Assembly (NCBI GenBank): GCA_963796885.1
Contig: CAWCNP010000023.1
Coordinates: forward strand, 101,031-165,030
DNA length: 64,000 bases
Origin: an uncultured Solirubrobacterales bacterium
GTDB lineage: Bacteria > Actinomycetota > Thermoleophilia > Solirubrobacterales > Solirubrobacteraceae
Reading direction: 5' to 3'
A program made the position numbers and the translations under genes. Positions 53,635 to 63,568 of this stretch are shown in pieces. The notes under the pieces were generated by a model. The model was not told the DNA's origin, ran no database searches, and saw nothing but the letters and a program-made list of their open reading frames with translations. Every line of letters starts with the position of its first letter. The first letter of the stretch is position 1.

Positions 53635-55131
53635 CTACAGCGCCACCCCGTAGACCTCGCTGAGCTTGGCCTTGAGGTAGGTGACGAACGGCCCCACCGA
53701 GATGTCCTCGCCGACCAGGCGCTCGAGGAGCTCGCGGCTGGAGAACTTCGAACCGTGCTGGTGGACGTGCTCGCGCAGCCACTCGCGCAGTGGCAAGAGC
53801 TCACCCTCGGCGATCTTCGCCTCGAGGTCAGGGAGGTCGGTGTGGGCCCGCTCCCACATCGATCCGGCGATCAGGTTGCCCAGCGCATAGGTCGGGAAGT
53901 AGCCGATCAGACCGGCCGACCAGTGCACATCCTGAAGGACGCCCTGCGCGTCATTGGGGACCGCGATGCCGAAGTACTCCTTGAAGCGGGCGTTCCAGGC
54001 CTCGGGCAGCTCGGCGGTGCCGATGCGGCCCTCGATGAGCTCCTGCTCGAGCTCGAAGCGCAGCACGATGTGCAGCCCGTAGGTCGCCTCGTCGGCTTCG
54101 ACGCGGATGTACGAGGGCTCGACCTGGTTCACCGCGCGGTAGAGCACATCGGGGTCGACCTCGAGGTCGAGGTGCTCGCCCAGCAACGGGGTGAGAACGC
54201 CCGAGAACGCCCGCCCGCGCCCGACCATGTTCTCCCACATCCGGCTCTGAGACTCGTGGAGGGCCAGCGACTCGGCATGACCGAGCGGCGTACGCTGGAG
54301 CGCCGGCTTGATCCCGGCCTCGTACAGACCGTGTCCGCACTCGTGCATCGCGCCGTACAGACCGGAGGCGAAGTAGGTCTCATCCCAGCGCGTGGTGATG
54401 CGGATGTCGCCCGAGCCGAACCCGGTGGCGAACGGATGGACGGCGTCGTCCATCCGCCAGCTCTTGCGGTCAAAGCCCATCCGCCTCAGCACGGCGGCAA
54501 CCAGGTCGCGCTGGCGTGACTCGGGAAACTCGCCGTGCAGTGAGGAGTCGTCGAGCTCGCGCTCGGCCAACGTGGCGATGAGCGGAACGAGCTCGGCCTT
54601 CAGCTCGGCGAACAGGGCGGCCACCTCCGCCGTCCTGCGCCCCGGGTCGAAGTCGTCCAGCAGCACGTCGTAGGGGCAATCGAACTCGTCGAAGCAGTCC
54701 GCGTAGCGGCGGGCCAGCTCGTAGTTCCGGGTCAGGTGCGGGGCGAACGAGGCGAAGTCGCAGTCCGCGCGCGCCTGCACCCAGGCCTCCTGGCCGATCG
54801 ACGCGGCATGGACGAGCTCGCCGGCGAGATCGGTCGGAACCCTGCGCGCCTTCTCGTAGTGACGCCGGACGACCGAGACCAGCCGGACGTCGTCGGAGTC
54901 GGGCCCCGTGCCGTTGACGGCGCCGGCGGCGGCGTCGAGCAGCCTTCCGGTCTCGGGACCGATGAGCTTGTCGTGGCTGATCCGCTCGAGCGTGGCGAGG
55001 GCCTCGGCACGGCCCTCAGCCCCGCGCGGGGGCATCATCGTCTGCTGATCCCACCCGAGCAACTGGGCGGCATTTCGCAGATCCACGAGCTCCGCCAGGT
55101 GGATCTTAAGTTCCTCAAGCTGGTCAGTCAT
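53635..55131 (-). CDS. M32 carboxypeptidase
   Basis: 'WDQQTMMP', 'HPF', HECGH, 'HESQS', 'IRVEADE', 'GYFPTY'. Confidence 0.95.
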   Translation of the reverse strand: MTDQLEELKIHLAELVDLRNAAQLLGWDQQTMMPPRGAEGRAEALATLERISHDKLIGPETGRLLDAAAGAVNGTGPDSDDVRLVSVVRRHYEKARRVPTDLAGELVHAASIGQEAWVQARADCDFASFAPHLTRNYELARRYADCFDEFDCPYDVLLDDFDPGRRTAEVAALFAELKAELVPLIATLAERELDDSSLHGEFPESRQRDLVAAVLRRMGFDRKSWRMDDAVHPFATGFGSGDIRITTRWDETYFASGLYGAMHECGHGLYEAGIKPALQRTPLGHAESLALHESQSRMWENMVGRGRAFSGVLTPLLGEHLDLEVDPDVLYRAVNQVEPSYIRVEADEATYGLHIVLRFELEQELIEGRIGTAELPEAWNARFKEYFGIAVPNDAQGVLQDVHWSAGLIGYFPTYALGNLIAGSMWERAHTDLPDLEAKIAEGELLPLREWLREHVHQHGSKFSSRELLERLVGEDISVGPFVTYLKAKLSEVYGVAL

Positions 55132-55200
55132 TCGCGTTCCCTTCGACGCCTGCACAAATAGCACCGGCGGACAGCCGATCTCCTGTGCCACCATTGCAGC

Positions 55201-56376
55201 ATGTTCCGTCGTTCGGGCTCGATCAAGCTGATGGACCTGTTCGGGATCAGGATCGGAGTTGACGCCACGTGGTTCCTGATTCTGTTCCTGATGATCTTCT
55301 GGCTGTCCGGCCCGTTTCGCCAGACGCTGCACTCTTCCGACGGGGTGGCATATCTCACCACCGTGGTGACCGCGCTGCTGTTCTTCGGCTCGCTGATCAT
55401 GCACGAACTCGGGCACGCGCTGGTGGCTCGCCGTCAGGGCATCGAGGTCAAGCAGATCCAGCTGTTCCTGTTCGGTGGCATCACGCAGATGAATCGCGAT
55501 GCCTCCTCGCCGGGGGAGGAGTTCAAGATCGCCGCCGCGGGACCGGCGGCGACGTTCGCCTTCTGCGTGCTCTGCCTGATCGTCGACCTGGCCATCGTCG
55601 GGCCCCACCGGCTGGTCAACGCCGCGCAACTCGACGACAGCGTGCGCGTGACGCCTGTGCTCCTCAGCCTGAGCTGGCTGCTGCTGATGAACGTCCTGAT
55701 CCTGATCTTCAACCTCGTCCCCGCCTTCCCCCTCGATGGCGGGCGGATCGCCCGGGCGGCCGTCTGGAAGATCAGCGGCGACAAGCAGCGCGGAACGCGG
55801 GTCGCGGCCCTGCTGGGCCAGGCGTTCGCGATCGTGCTGGCCGGCCTGGGCCTGGCCTGGATCTTCTCGACCGGGTCGCTGGGGGGCCTGTGGTTGGTGG
55901 CGCTGGCCTTCCTGCTCGGGTCCTCGGCGCGCGGCGCGGTCGTGCAGAGCGCGCTCAGCGAGCGGATCGAGGGCGTCCGCGTGGCCGACATCATGGACCG
56001 TCAGCCGGTGGCCATCGAGGCCTCGACGCCGGTCGCTCAGGCCCTGGACGAGTACTTCCTCCGCTACGGATGGTCGTGGTTCCCGGTCATCGACGCCAGT
56101 GGCCGGTTCATGGGCATCGCCCGCCAGGAGCGGGCCCAGGCCGCCCAGGACGGAGGCGAGGGCTGGGTGACGATCGGTGGCGTGCTCGAGGCCGGCGAGG
56201 CGTCGAGCTGGCGGGTCAACGAGGACCGGCCGCTGACCGAGCTCCTGTCGTCCGAGTCGCTCGGCCGTCTCGGTGCCCTGATGGCGGTCGATGCCGAGGG
56301 CGTGCTGCGAGGCGTGGTCACCATCGACCAGGTCCGGCGAGCGCTGCAGTCGGCGATCGGGTCGCCGGTGGCGTAG
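55201..56376 (+). CDS. Site-2 protease (M50) with CBS domains
   Basis: HELGH, 'AAAGP', 'NLVPAFPLDGGR', C-terminal CBS pair. Confidence 0.93.
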   Translation: MFRRSGSIKLMDLFGIRIGVDATWFLILFLMIFWLSGPFRQTLHSSDGVAYLTTVVTALLFFGSLIMHELGHALVARRQGIEVKQIQLFLFGGITQMNRDASSPGEEFKIAAAGPAATFAFCVLCLIVDLAIVGPHRLVNAAQLDDSVRVTPVLLSLSWLLLMNVLILIFNLVPAFPLDGGRIARAAVWKISGDKQRGTRVAALLGQAFAIVLAGLGLAWIFSTGSLGGLWLVALAFLLGSSARGAVVQSALSERIEGVRVADIMDRQPVAIEASTPVAQALDEYFLRYGWSWFPVIDASGRFMGIARQERAQAAQDGGEGWVTIGGVLEAGEASSWRVNEDRPLTELLSSESLGRLGALMAVDAEGVLRGVVTIDQVRRALQSAIGSPVA

Positions 56377-56420
56377 GGCCGCCACGACGCCCCAGTCTCC
56401 GCGTAAATAGAATCGATGTC

Positions 56421-58109
56421 GTGCCTTCACATGACGTCTTGATCATCGGCGCCGGGCTGGCAGGTCAGCGAGCGGCGCTCGCGGCGGCCGAGGCCGGCGC
56501 CTCGGTCGGGATCATCTCGAAGGTCCACCCGGTCCGCTCTCACTCGGTTGCCGCCGCCGGAGGAATCAATGCCGCACTGAATCCGGAGGACACCTGGGAG
56601 TCGCACGCGTTCGACACCGTCAAAGGATCGGACTACCTGGGCGACCAGGATGCGATCGAGATCATGTGCCGCGAGGCGCCGGACGAGATCCTGTGGCTCG
56701 AGCACGCCGGGGTCACCTTCCACCGCAACGAGAACGGCAACCTGGGCACGCGAGCGTTCGGTGGCGCCTCGGCGGCGCGGACTTATTACGTGGCCGACAT
56801 CACCGGCCACGCCCTCCTGCACGTGCTCTACGAGCAGTTGATGAAGCACAACGCGGTCGTGGACCGCTTCGAGGAGTGGTTCACCACCGATCTGATCCAG
56901 GACCACGAGGACCGGTGCGTGGGGGCGATCGCCCGCAACCTGCGCAACGGCAATCTCCAGGTCTTCAACGCCAAGACCGTGATCCTGGCCACGGGCGGTT
57001 GTGGCCAGGCCTACAAGCCGACCACCAACGGGCTGATCGTCACCGGCGACGGGATCGCGCAGGCGTACCGGATCGGGGCCAAGCTGATGGACATGGAGAT
57101 GGTCCAGTACCACCCGACCACGCTGGCCGGCAACGGACTGCTGATCACCGAGGGCGCTCGCGGCGAGGGCGCGTGGCTGCTCAATGCCGAGGGCGAGCGG
57201 TTCATGGAGCGCTACGCACCCAACAAACTCGAGCTGGCGTCCCGGGATGTCGTGTCCCGGGCCGAGCAGACCGAGATAAACGAGGGTCGTGGCTTCCCGG
57301 ACGGCACGGTGGCGCTCGATGTGACCAAGGTGCCGCGCCGGCGGACCCTCGAAGCGCTGCGCGAGATCGTCAACATCGGACGCGACTTCGCCGGCACCGA
57401 CATCACCCGCGAGCCGATCCACATCAAACCCGGACAGCACTACGTGATGGGCGGCGTGAAGACCGACGTCGATGGCCAGACCACGATCCCTGGCCTGTAT
57501 GCCGCCGGTGAGGTGGCGTGTGTCTCGGTCCACGGCGGAAACCGTCTGGGCGCCAACTCGCTCCTCGACACGCTGATCTTCGGCCGCAGGTCTGGCGAGC
57601 ACGCGGCCAGGCAGGCCATCCACATGCCGATGCCGGTCACTCCGACAGCGCGGGTCGAGGACACCCAGCGCGCCATCGCCGCAATCATCAACCGCGAGAG
57701 CGGTGGACGTCGCGTGGCGGCGATCAAGGACGAGCTCGGTGAGACGATGAACCAGTACGTGGCCGTATTCCGCGACGCCGACGGCCTGAACAAGGCCCAC
57801 GAAATCATTCGACGGTTGAAGGAGGAGGCACCGAAGGCAGCGATCGACGATCGCGGCTCGGTGTTCAACCAGGACGTGATTGCCGCGATCGAGCTGGGGT
57901 ACATGCTCGACTGCGCCGAGGCGATTGTCGTCGGCGCAATCGAGCGCAAGGAATCTCGCGGCGCCCAGTTCCGCACCGACTTCCCGCAACGCAATGACGA
58001 CGAATGGCTCAAGCACATCGACATCTCGGTCAACGGAGCCGATGTGCCCGAGGTGAGCTACTCGCAGGTCACGATCACCCGCTGGGAGCCCCAGGAAAGG
58101 ACCTATTAG
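56421..58109 (+). CDS. sdhA: Succinate dehydrogenase/fumarate reductase flavoprotein
   Basis: 'IIGAGLAG', 'RSHSVAAAGG', 'QYHPT', 'TEGARGEG', 'HYVMGG', 'HGGNRLGANSL', 'ESRGA'. Confidence 0.95.
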   Translation: MPSHDVLIIGAGLAGQRAALAAAEAGASVGIISKVHPVRSHSVAAAGGINAALNPEDTWESHAFDTVKGSDYLGDQDAIEIMCREAPDEILWLEHAGVTFHRNENGNLGTRAFGGASAARTYYVADITGHALLHVLYEQLMKHNAVVDRFEEWFTTDLIQDHEDRCVGAIARNLRNGNLQVFNAKTVILATGGCGQAYKPTTNGLIVTGDGIAQAYRIGAKLMDMEMVQYHPTTLAGNGLLITEGARGEGAWLLNAEGERFMERYAPNKLELASRDVVSRAEQTEINEGRGFPDGTVALDVTKVPRRRTLEALREIVNIGRDFAGTDITREPIHIKPGQHYVMGGVKTDVDGQTTIPGLYAAGEVACVSVHGGNRLGANSLLDTLIFGRRSGEHAARQAIHMPMPVTPTARVEDTQRAIAAIINRESGGRRVAAIKDELGETMNQYVAVFRDADGLNKAHEIIRRLKEEAPKAAIDDRGSVFNQDVIAAIELGYMLDCAEAIVVGAIERKESRGAQFRTDFPQRNDDEWLKHIDISVNGADVPEVSYSQVTITRWEPQERTY

Positions 58110-58194
58110 TGAGCGCGCAGCGCGAACGGTTAAGTGAGGCCGGAGGCCGAGCAGCAAGGAAAGGACGCGGGGCTGGAGGCCCCGCGGAGGACTA

Positions 58195-59364
58195 ATGCCT
58201 GAATACACGCTCCGGATCCGGCGCTACGACCCCCAGTCAGGGGAGACCGCGCACTGGGACGAGCACACGGTCGACATGCCCGGAACCCAGTCGGTGCTCG
58301 ACGCCATCCTCGAGATCCGCAACGACAAGGATGGATCGATCGGCATTCGCTGTTCATGCCAGCAGGCGATCTGCGGGTCCTGCGGCGTAAGGATGAACGG
58401 CAAGCCGGGACTCGCTTGCAACACCCATCTCGATGAGGCGGCCGAGCGCGGTCACGGCGCCGGTGGCGACCCGTCCGAGGACGGCGAGGGGACCAACGAG
58501 GAGGGCCAGGGGAGCAACGAGGAGGGCCAGGGGACCAACGTGATCTCGGTTGAGCCGATGGGGAACATGCCCGTTATCCGGGACCTGATCGTCGATATGG
58601 ATGCGGTGCACTGGAAGAAGATCCAGCGGGTCACGCCGTGGCTGATCAACAAGGAGCCGGTGCCCGAACGGGAGTACATCGTCCCCCACGAGAACATGGT
58701 CGACGTGACGCAGACGATGGCCTGCATCCAGTGCGGCGCGTGCGTGTCGGACTGTCTGGCCATGGAGGTCGATCCGCTGTTCGTCGGACCCGCCGCGCTA
58801 GCCAAGTCCTATCGCTTCGTGGGCGACCCGCGCGACGCCGAGCACGAGGAGCGACTCAAGGATCTGTCCGAGGACGAGCACGGCATCTACGACTGCACAC
58901 ACTGCTTCAACTGCATCGACGCCTGCCCCAAGGGCGTCGAGCCGATGAGCCAGATCATGCGACTGCGGCGCCGGGCCGGCTCGGATTTCGAGATCAACGA
59001 CCGCAACAACGGTTACCGCCACGAGCATGCCTTCGTTAAGAACATCCGCAAGAACGGGCTGCTGAACGAGGCCGATCTGCTGCCGGACTCGTATGGCGGA
59101 AAGTTCCACCCGCGGGCGGTACCGGAGCTGTTGAGCGCCCTGCCGATCGCGTTCACCGCGCTTTCGCGCGGCAAGATGACACCCCGCACGGCGCTGGGAC
59201 ATCCGCACAAGGCGCCCGAGGAAGTCAAGCGCCTGTTCGACACAATTGAGGGGCGCGAGGAGAGGGTCGAGCTGAACCTGTACGTCGTTGGCGAGGAGGA
59301 GCCCGAGGATTCGGGCCAGGAGACCCCGCCGGCCACCTCTCCAAGCGAAAGCGAGACTTCATGA
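58195..59364 (+). CDS. sdhB: Sdh/Frd iron-sulfur subunit with C-terminal extension
   Basis: '[11 protein letters not shown]', '[11 protein letters not shown]', '[12 protein letters not shown]'. Confidence 0.93.
   Translation: MPEYTLRIRRYDPQSGETAHWDEHTVDMPGTQSVLDAILEIRNDKDGSIGIRCSCQQAICGSCGVRMNGKPGLACNTHLDEAAERGHGAGGDPSEDGEGTNEEGQGSNEEGQGTNVISVEPMGNMPVIRDLIVDMDAVHWKKIQRVTPWLINKEPVPEREYIVPHENMVDVTQTMACIQCGACVSDCLAMEVDPLFVGPAALAKSYRFVGDPRDAEHEERLKDLSEDEHGIYDCTHCFNCIDACPKGVEPMSQIMRLRRRAGSDFEINDRNNGYRHEHAFVKNIRKNGLLNEADLLPDSYGGKFHPRAVPELLSALPIAFTALSRGKMTPRTALGHPHKAPEEVKRLFDTIEGREERVELNLYVVGEEEPEDSGQETPPATSPSESETS
58477..58539 (+). repeat. 3x 21-bp in-frame tandem repeat in sdhB
   Basis: Encodes [21 protein letters not shown]. 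Confidence 0.85.
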
Positions 59365-60263
59365 AGGTTGCCTACTGGCCGGGATGCGTGAGCCGCGGGT
59401 TCACACCGGAGCTGCATGGGGCGATGGCCAAGGTGGCACCGCTGCTCGACATCGAGCTGATAGAGCTCGATCGGGCCGCGTGCTGCGGCGCAGGGGTGAT
59501 CGCCGAACACAACCAGGAGCTGGCCGACACGCTGAACGCGCGGACGTTCGCGCTGGCCCAGAGGACGGACGGCGAGCTGATGATGAACATCTGCTCGACC
59601 TGCCAGGGGGCCCAGTCGGAGTGTCAAGAGCGCCTCGACGCCAATACCGACTACCGCAACGCCGTGAACGGCAACCTCTCCGAGGAGGGTCTCGCCTACG
59701 AGAAGGGCCTCACCAACAAGAACTTCCTCTGGCTCCTGGTCGAGAACATCGGCCTTGATGCGCTCCGCGAGCGCGTCAAGCGACCGCTGACCGAGCTCCG
59801 CGTCGGGCCGTTCTACGGGTGCTACATCGTCCGGCCGGTGACCCGGCTCGGGATCGATCACGAGCATCCCCGCGATCAGTACCTGCACCAGGTGATCGAG
59901 GCCCTCGGCGGCACCGTGGTCGACTACGCCGGCGTCTACAAGTGCTGTGGCTTTCCGGTCATCACGATGAACAAGGAGGCCTCGCTCACGCAGGCCGGTC
60001 GCCATCTCGGCGACGCGATCGACGCGGAGGCCGACTGCCTGGTTGTCCCCTGCCCGCTGTGTCATCTGAACCTGGACATGCAGCAGCCGGGTGCGGCGAA
60101 GGTGGTCGGGCGCGAGCTCGGGCTGCCGGTGCTGCATCTCCCCCAGCTCGTCGGCCTCGCCCTCGGGCTGTCACCCAAGGAGCTGGGGATGAACAAGCAC
60201 ATCGTCCGCCCGACATCGGTGATCGATTGGTCGACATCGGTGGTGGCGGGCGCGCCGGCGTGA
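59361..60263 (+). CDS. CCG-domain (HdrB-like) subunit of a type-E succinate:quinone oxidoreductase
   Basis: 'YWPGC', 'CCGAG', 'CSTC', 'FYGC', 'CCGF', 'CPLC'; ATGA-coupled to sdhB; no TM cytochrome b. Confidence 0.9.
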   Translation: MKVAYWPGCVSRGFTPELHGAMAKVAPLLDIELIELDRAACCGAGVIAEHNQELADTLNARTFALAQRTDGELMMNICSTCQGAQSECQERLDANTDYRNAVNGNLSEEGLAYEKGLTNKNFLWLLVENIGLDALRERVKRPLTELRVGPFYGCYIVRPVTRLGIDHEHPRDQYLHQVIEALGGTVVDYAGVYKCCGFPVITMNKEASLTQAGRHLGDAIDAEADCLVVPCPLCHLNLDMQQPGAAKVVGRELGLPVLHLPQLVGLALGLSPKELGMNKHIVRPTSVIDWSTSVVAGAPA

Positions 60264-60421
60264 TCGCGCGCTTGCGGCGGGTACTGTCCTCGGCGCTGAA
60301 CCGCGGTTCGGGAGCGATCGGGCCAGTGGCCCTGCGCGATCAGCCTGGCTCCGAGGCGGACCGGCGGATCGAGGCCGCGCGCCGGCGCCTCAAGGCCGAG
60401 ATTCCACCGCGCGAGGACTGA
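60260..60421 (+). CDS. 53-aa peptide coupled to the sdh operon
   Basis: GTGA overlap with the upstream stop; [16 protein letters not shown]...[19 protein letters not shown]; followed by a hairpin. Confidence 0.5.
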   Translation: MIARLRRVLSSALNRGSGAIGPVALRDQPGSEADRRIEAARRRLKAEIPPRED

Positions 60422-60427
60422 AGAAAT

Positions 60428-60460
60428 GCGAAGAGCGGGGTCCCACTCCCCGCTCTTCGC
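60428..60460 (+). terminator. Hairpin after the sdh operon
   Basis: 13-bp stem GCGAAGAGCGGGG/CCCCGCTCTTCGC. Confidence 0.7.
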
Positions 60461-60477
60461 GGTACTCCTGCCTCGCC

Positions 60478-60555
60478 CTGATGGAAACCGGTGGCGGGAA
60501 GCTGGTGGAAATCGGTGGCGGTGGCGGGAACCTGGTGGAAATCGGTGGCGGGAAT
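60478..60555. repeat. 3x ~24-bp tandem repeat
   Basis: Unit CTGRTGGAAAYCGGTGGCGGGAAN; the middle copy carries a 6-bp duplication. Confidence 0.85.
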
Positions 60556-60626
60556 ATTGGCGCGCGGCGCCGAGCTGAGCGTCCCCTGAGTCGGGTGATT
60601 TTGGGGGGAAGAGAGTTCGCGGATCG

Positions 60627-60664
60627 GGTGAACCAGATGTCACCCGGTGAATCAGATGTCACCC
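60627..60664. repeat. 2x 19-bp tandem repeat of a palindromic unit
   Basis: GGTGAAYCAGATGTCACCC twice. Confidence 0.85.
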
Positions 60665-61311
60665 GATTCGTCACTCTGGCCAGATGGCATTTTGAGTGGA
60701 GTTAGTTTGCCCGCCCCGCGGCTTGCCAGGGCACGTGCGGCGGCCTCCGGGGCGGTTGCGCGTTTAGTCGCCTGCTCTCGGGACGACTTGGCTCGGGAGC
60801 GGCCTGGCTGGGGAAGGGGTGGGCGGGGGTTGCGGGGTTTCGGTGATCCGACCGCGGTTGTGCGGGTCGAGAAGGGCACTGGCGCCGGCCGACCGACCCG
60901 GAGCGCTTGACGTAAGCGGTCGTCGGTGGCGGTATTTGGGCACATTCGCCCGCCTCGCCACCCGCCAGGGAGTGAGGGCGAGATCCGCCTCGCCACCGGG
61001 AAACGTGACAAACCATCCCCCGCCGGCGCACCGTGGTCGTATAAGCACCTGGGAGGGGCTTATGTGCGCGTTGCTGGCGGGCGGCTTGAGGCTTGTCACG
61101 TTTTCCATCGGGACCCGGTCCGGGACCGGAGGCCGGGTTCCCTCGTCGTCGCCGGGGTGGTCATGGCCGACTTTCGCCGGGTCGGAACGCCGCGCGGCAC
61201 GGCGTGCGGCTGTTGTTGCCAATCGGCGCCGCACCCCTCTGCGACAGCCTCGATGAGCCAATGATCGCGATATCTAATGGCTCAGCCGGGTAGGCACTCC
61301 TTTACGGAGCA

Positions 61312-61908
61312 ATGGTTCAGCGCGCCCAGATATCGGTCGCGGTCACGCGGTTCGAGGACATCGTCTCGCGCGGACTGCGCGCGCTGATCGCCGAGGATGA
61401 GAGCCTCGAGCTCGTCGCGTCCGAGGTGCCTCACGACCGCCTGCCGAAGCTGCTCGGCAGGCTGCGCCCGCAGGTGGCGATCATCAACTTCGGTGCGCTG
61501 CTCAGTCCGGCGGAGCTGCGCGATCTTCATCGCGGCTTTCCGGCCACGCGGCTGCTGGTGATCGCAAATAGGCCGACCACGGCCGAATGCCGGCAGATGC
61601 TGGCGTTCGGCGCCACGGCCTGCCTGAGCAAGAGCACCGAGGCGCGCGATGTCCTGCACGCGATCCATCTGGCGTCGCGCGGGCTGCACGTGCTGCCGCC
61701 GGCGGCCGTCGAAGCACGCGAGGCCGCCGGCCCCGAGTTGCTCACCCCCCGCGAGGCCGAGGTACTCGAGCTCTTGCAGAGTGGCCGCTCGAACGCCGAG
61801 ATCGCCGATGCGCTCCACGTCGGGATCGAGACCATCCGCACGCATGCACGCCGCGTCTACCGCAAGCTCGGCGTCAGGACCCGGCGCGAGCTCCGCGCCC
61901 GGATCTGA
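61312..61908 (+). CDS. NarL/LuxR-family regulator with atypical receiver
   Basis: 'LTPREAEVLELLQSGRSNAEIADALHVGIETIRTH..KLGV'. Confidence 0.9.
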   Translation: MVQRAQISVAVTRFEDIVSRGLRALIAEDESLELVASEVPHDRLPKLLGRLRPQVAIINFGALLSPAELRDLHRGFPATRLLVIANRPTTAECRQMLAFGATACLSKSTEARDVLHAIHLASRGLHVLPPAAVEAREAAGPELLTPREAEVLELLQSGRSNAEIADALHVGIETIRTHARRVYRKLGVRTRRELRARI

Positions 61909-61911
61909 GCG

Positions 61912-62577
61912 CTACCAGCGCTCGCCCCAACGCTCGCCGAACGCGAACTCGCTGACCTCGTTGCGGCTCAGGCGCTCCGGCCACGGTCGCTCGCGAACGC
62001 CGACCGAGATGTGGCCGGCCAGCGCGATGCCATCGGGAATCCCCAGCAGCTCGAGGACCTGCGGCTCGGCGGGCGTGAGCAGGGTCGTGAACGACGCTCC
62101 GTAGCCTTCGGCGCGGAGGCCGAGGAGGATGTTCTGCACGAACGGATACACCGACGCGCCGCCGACGATGCTCGGTCGCTCCAGGGTTCGGTCGACGATG
62201 GAGAGCGAATCGATGACCGCGCAGATGACGAGATGCACGGACGCAGAATCGAAGGTGTGGGCGTAGGCGTCGGCACGGCGGAGCATCTCCAAGCGCCCGG
62301 GCGGCACGCCGCTGGTCCTGCCCTCGAGCAGGGCCCGCGCCCCGGTCTCTTCGGTGTAGGCGCGCCAGGGCTCGGCATACAGCTCGCGGAGCCGACGGCG
62401 AGTGTCGCGGTCCCTCACCGCGATCACGCGCCAGGGTTGGCGGTTCCCGCCGCTGGGAGCGAACCGGGCGTTGTCGAGGACGCGCTCGATCGCCTCGCGC
62501 GGCACCGGATCGTCGGTGAACTCGCGCGTCGAGGGCGCGCAGCACATCACCTCGTAGAGCTGGTCAGGCTCGGGCAA
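61912..62577 (-). CDS. Nitroreductase family protein
   Basis: 'STREFTDDPV', 'APSGGNRQPW', 'QNILLGLRAEG'. Confidence 0.9.
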   Translation of the reverse strand: MPEPDQLYEVMCCAPSTREFTDDPVPREAIERVLDNARFAPSGGNRQPWRVIAVRDRDTRRRLRELYAEPWRAYTEETGARALLEGRTSGVPPGRLEMLRRADAYAHTFDSASVHLVICAVIDSLSIVDRTLERPSIVGGASVYPFVQNILLGLRAEGYGASFTTLLTPAEPQVLELLGIPDGIALAGHISVGVRERPWPERLSRNEVSEFAFGERWGERW

Positions 62578-63568
62578 CCGCGGCGACCTTGGGCGCTCCG
62601 ATCAGCAACTCGGCGATCTGGACCGCGTTGGTGGCGGCGCCCTTGCGAAGGTTGTCGCTGACGATCCACATGCTGAGCGCGCGCGGGTGGGAGTCATCGC
62701 GCCGCAGCCGACCGACAAACACCTCGTCGCGGCCTTCGGCGCGGAGAGGCGTCGGCACATCCTCAAGCACGAGCCCGGGGAACGTGCTCAGCAGCTCGCG
62801 CGCGTCATCGACCGACAGCGGCTCGCGGGTCTGGACATTGACCGCCAGTGAGTGGGAGGTTCGCACGGGCACGCGCACGCAGGTGACGGCCACGCCGATG
62901 CTCTCGTCCTCGAGGATCTTGCGCGTCTCGAACATCATCTTGCGCTCCTCGTCGGTGTGGTCGTCGCCCTCGGCGAACGTGCCCGCGGCGCCGATCACGT
63001 TGAAGGCGATCGGCTCCGGGTACACCTCGGGCTCGGGCATCTCCATTCCGTGGAGCGACGCATGGGCCTGGTTGTCGAGCTCGACCACGGCGTCCCGGCC
63101 GGTGCCCGAGACCGACTGGTATGTCGCCACGACGAGGCGCTCGATCCCGACTGCGCGCTGGATCGGCGCCAGCGGCACGACCATCTGCATGGTCGAGCAG
63201 TTGGGGTTGGCGATCAGGCCGTGGTGGTCCTTCAGCGCGTGCGGGTTGACCTCGGCGACGACCAGCGGCACGTCGGGCTCGCGCCGGAAGGCGGAGGAGT
63301 TGTCGATCACGGTGGCGCCGTGGGCGACGAACCGCGGCGCCCATTCGCGCGCGGTCCCGCCACCGGCCGAGAACAGCACGACGTCAAAGCCGGCGAGGTC
63401 AGCGTCGTCGTTCAAGGCCCGCACGGTCAGACCCTGTACTTGCTTGCCGGCCGAGCGCTCGGTGGCGAAGGGAACGATCTCGTCGGCGGGAAACGCGCGT
63501 TCGCGCAGGAGCTCGAGCATCGTCGTGCCCACCATGCCGGTGGCGCCGACCACGGCGACGCGGGTCAT
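62564..63568 (-). CDS. asd: Aspartate-semialdehyde dehydrogenase
   Basis: 'VVGATGMVG', 'DNSSAFR', 'NPNCST', 'YQSVSG', 'DNLRKGAA'. Confidence 0.97.
   Translation of the reverse strand: MTRVAVVGATGMVGTTMLELLRERAFPADEIVPFATERSAGKQVQGLTVRALNDDADLAGFDVVLFSAGGGTAREWAPRFVAHGATVIDNSSAFRREPDVPLVVAEVNPHALKDHHGLIANPNCSTMQMVVPLAPIQRAVGIERLVVATYQSVSGTGRDAVVELDNQAHASLHGMEMPEPEVYPEPIAFNVIGAAGTFAEGDDHTDEERKMMFETRKILEDESIGVAVTCVRVPVRTSHSLAVNVQTREPLSVDDARELLSTFPGLVLEDVPTPLRAEGRDEVFVGRLRRDDSHPRALSMWIVSDNLRKGAATNAVQIAELLIGAPKVAAVARA

Noticed and set aside
55269-56420. 946-aa ORF as an N-terminally extended SdhA
   Set aside because: The extension is an off-frame overlap of the M50 gene; SdhA begins at GTG 56421 after a TAGAAT box.
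55132-56430. 931-aa M32 fusion
   Set aside because: The upstream part is the antisense shadow of the M50 gene; the real start is ~55131.
60478-60664. Possible CRISPR array
   Set aside because: The repeats are head-to-tail without unique spacers, and no cas genes are present.
60764-61261. 165-aa minus-strand ORF
   Set aside because: Arg/Pro-rich composition, weak codon bias, and it runs through palindromic DNA.
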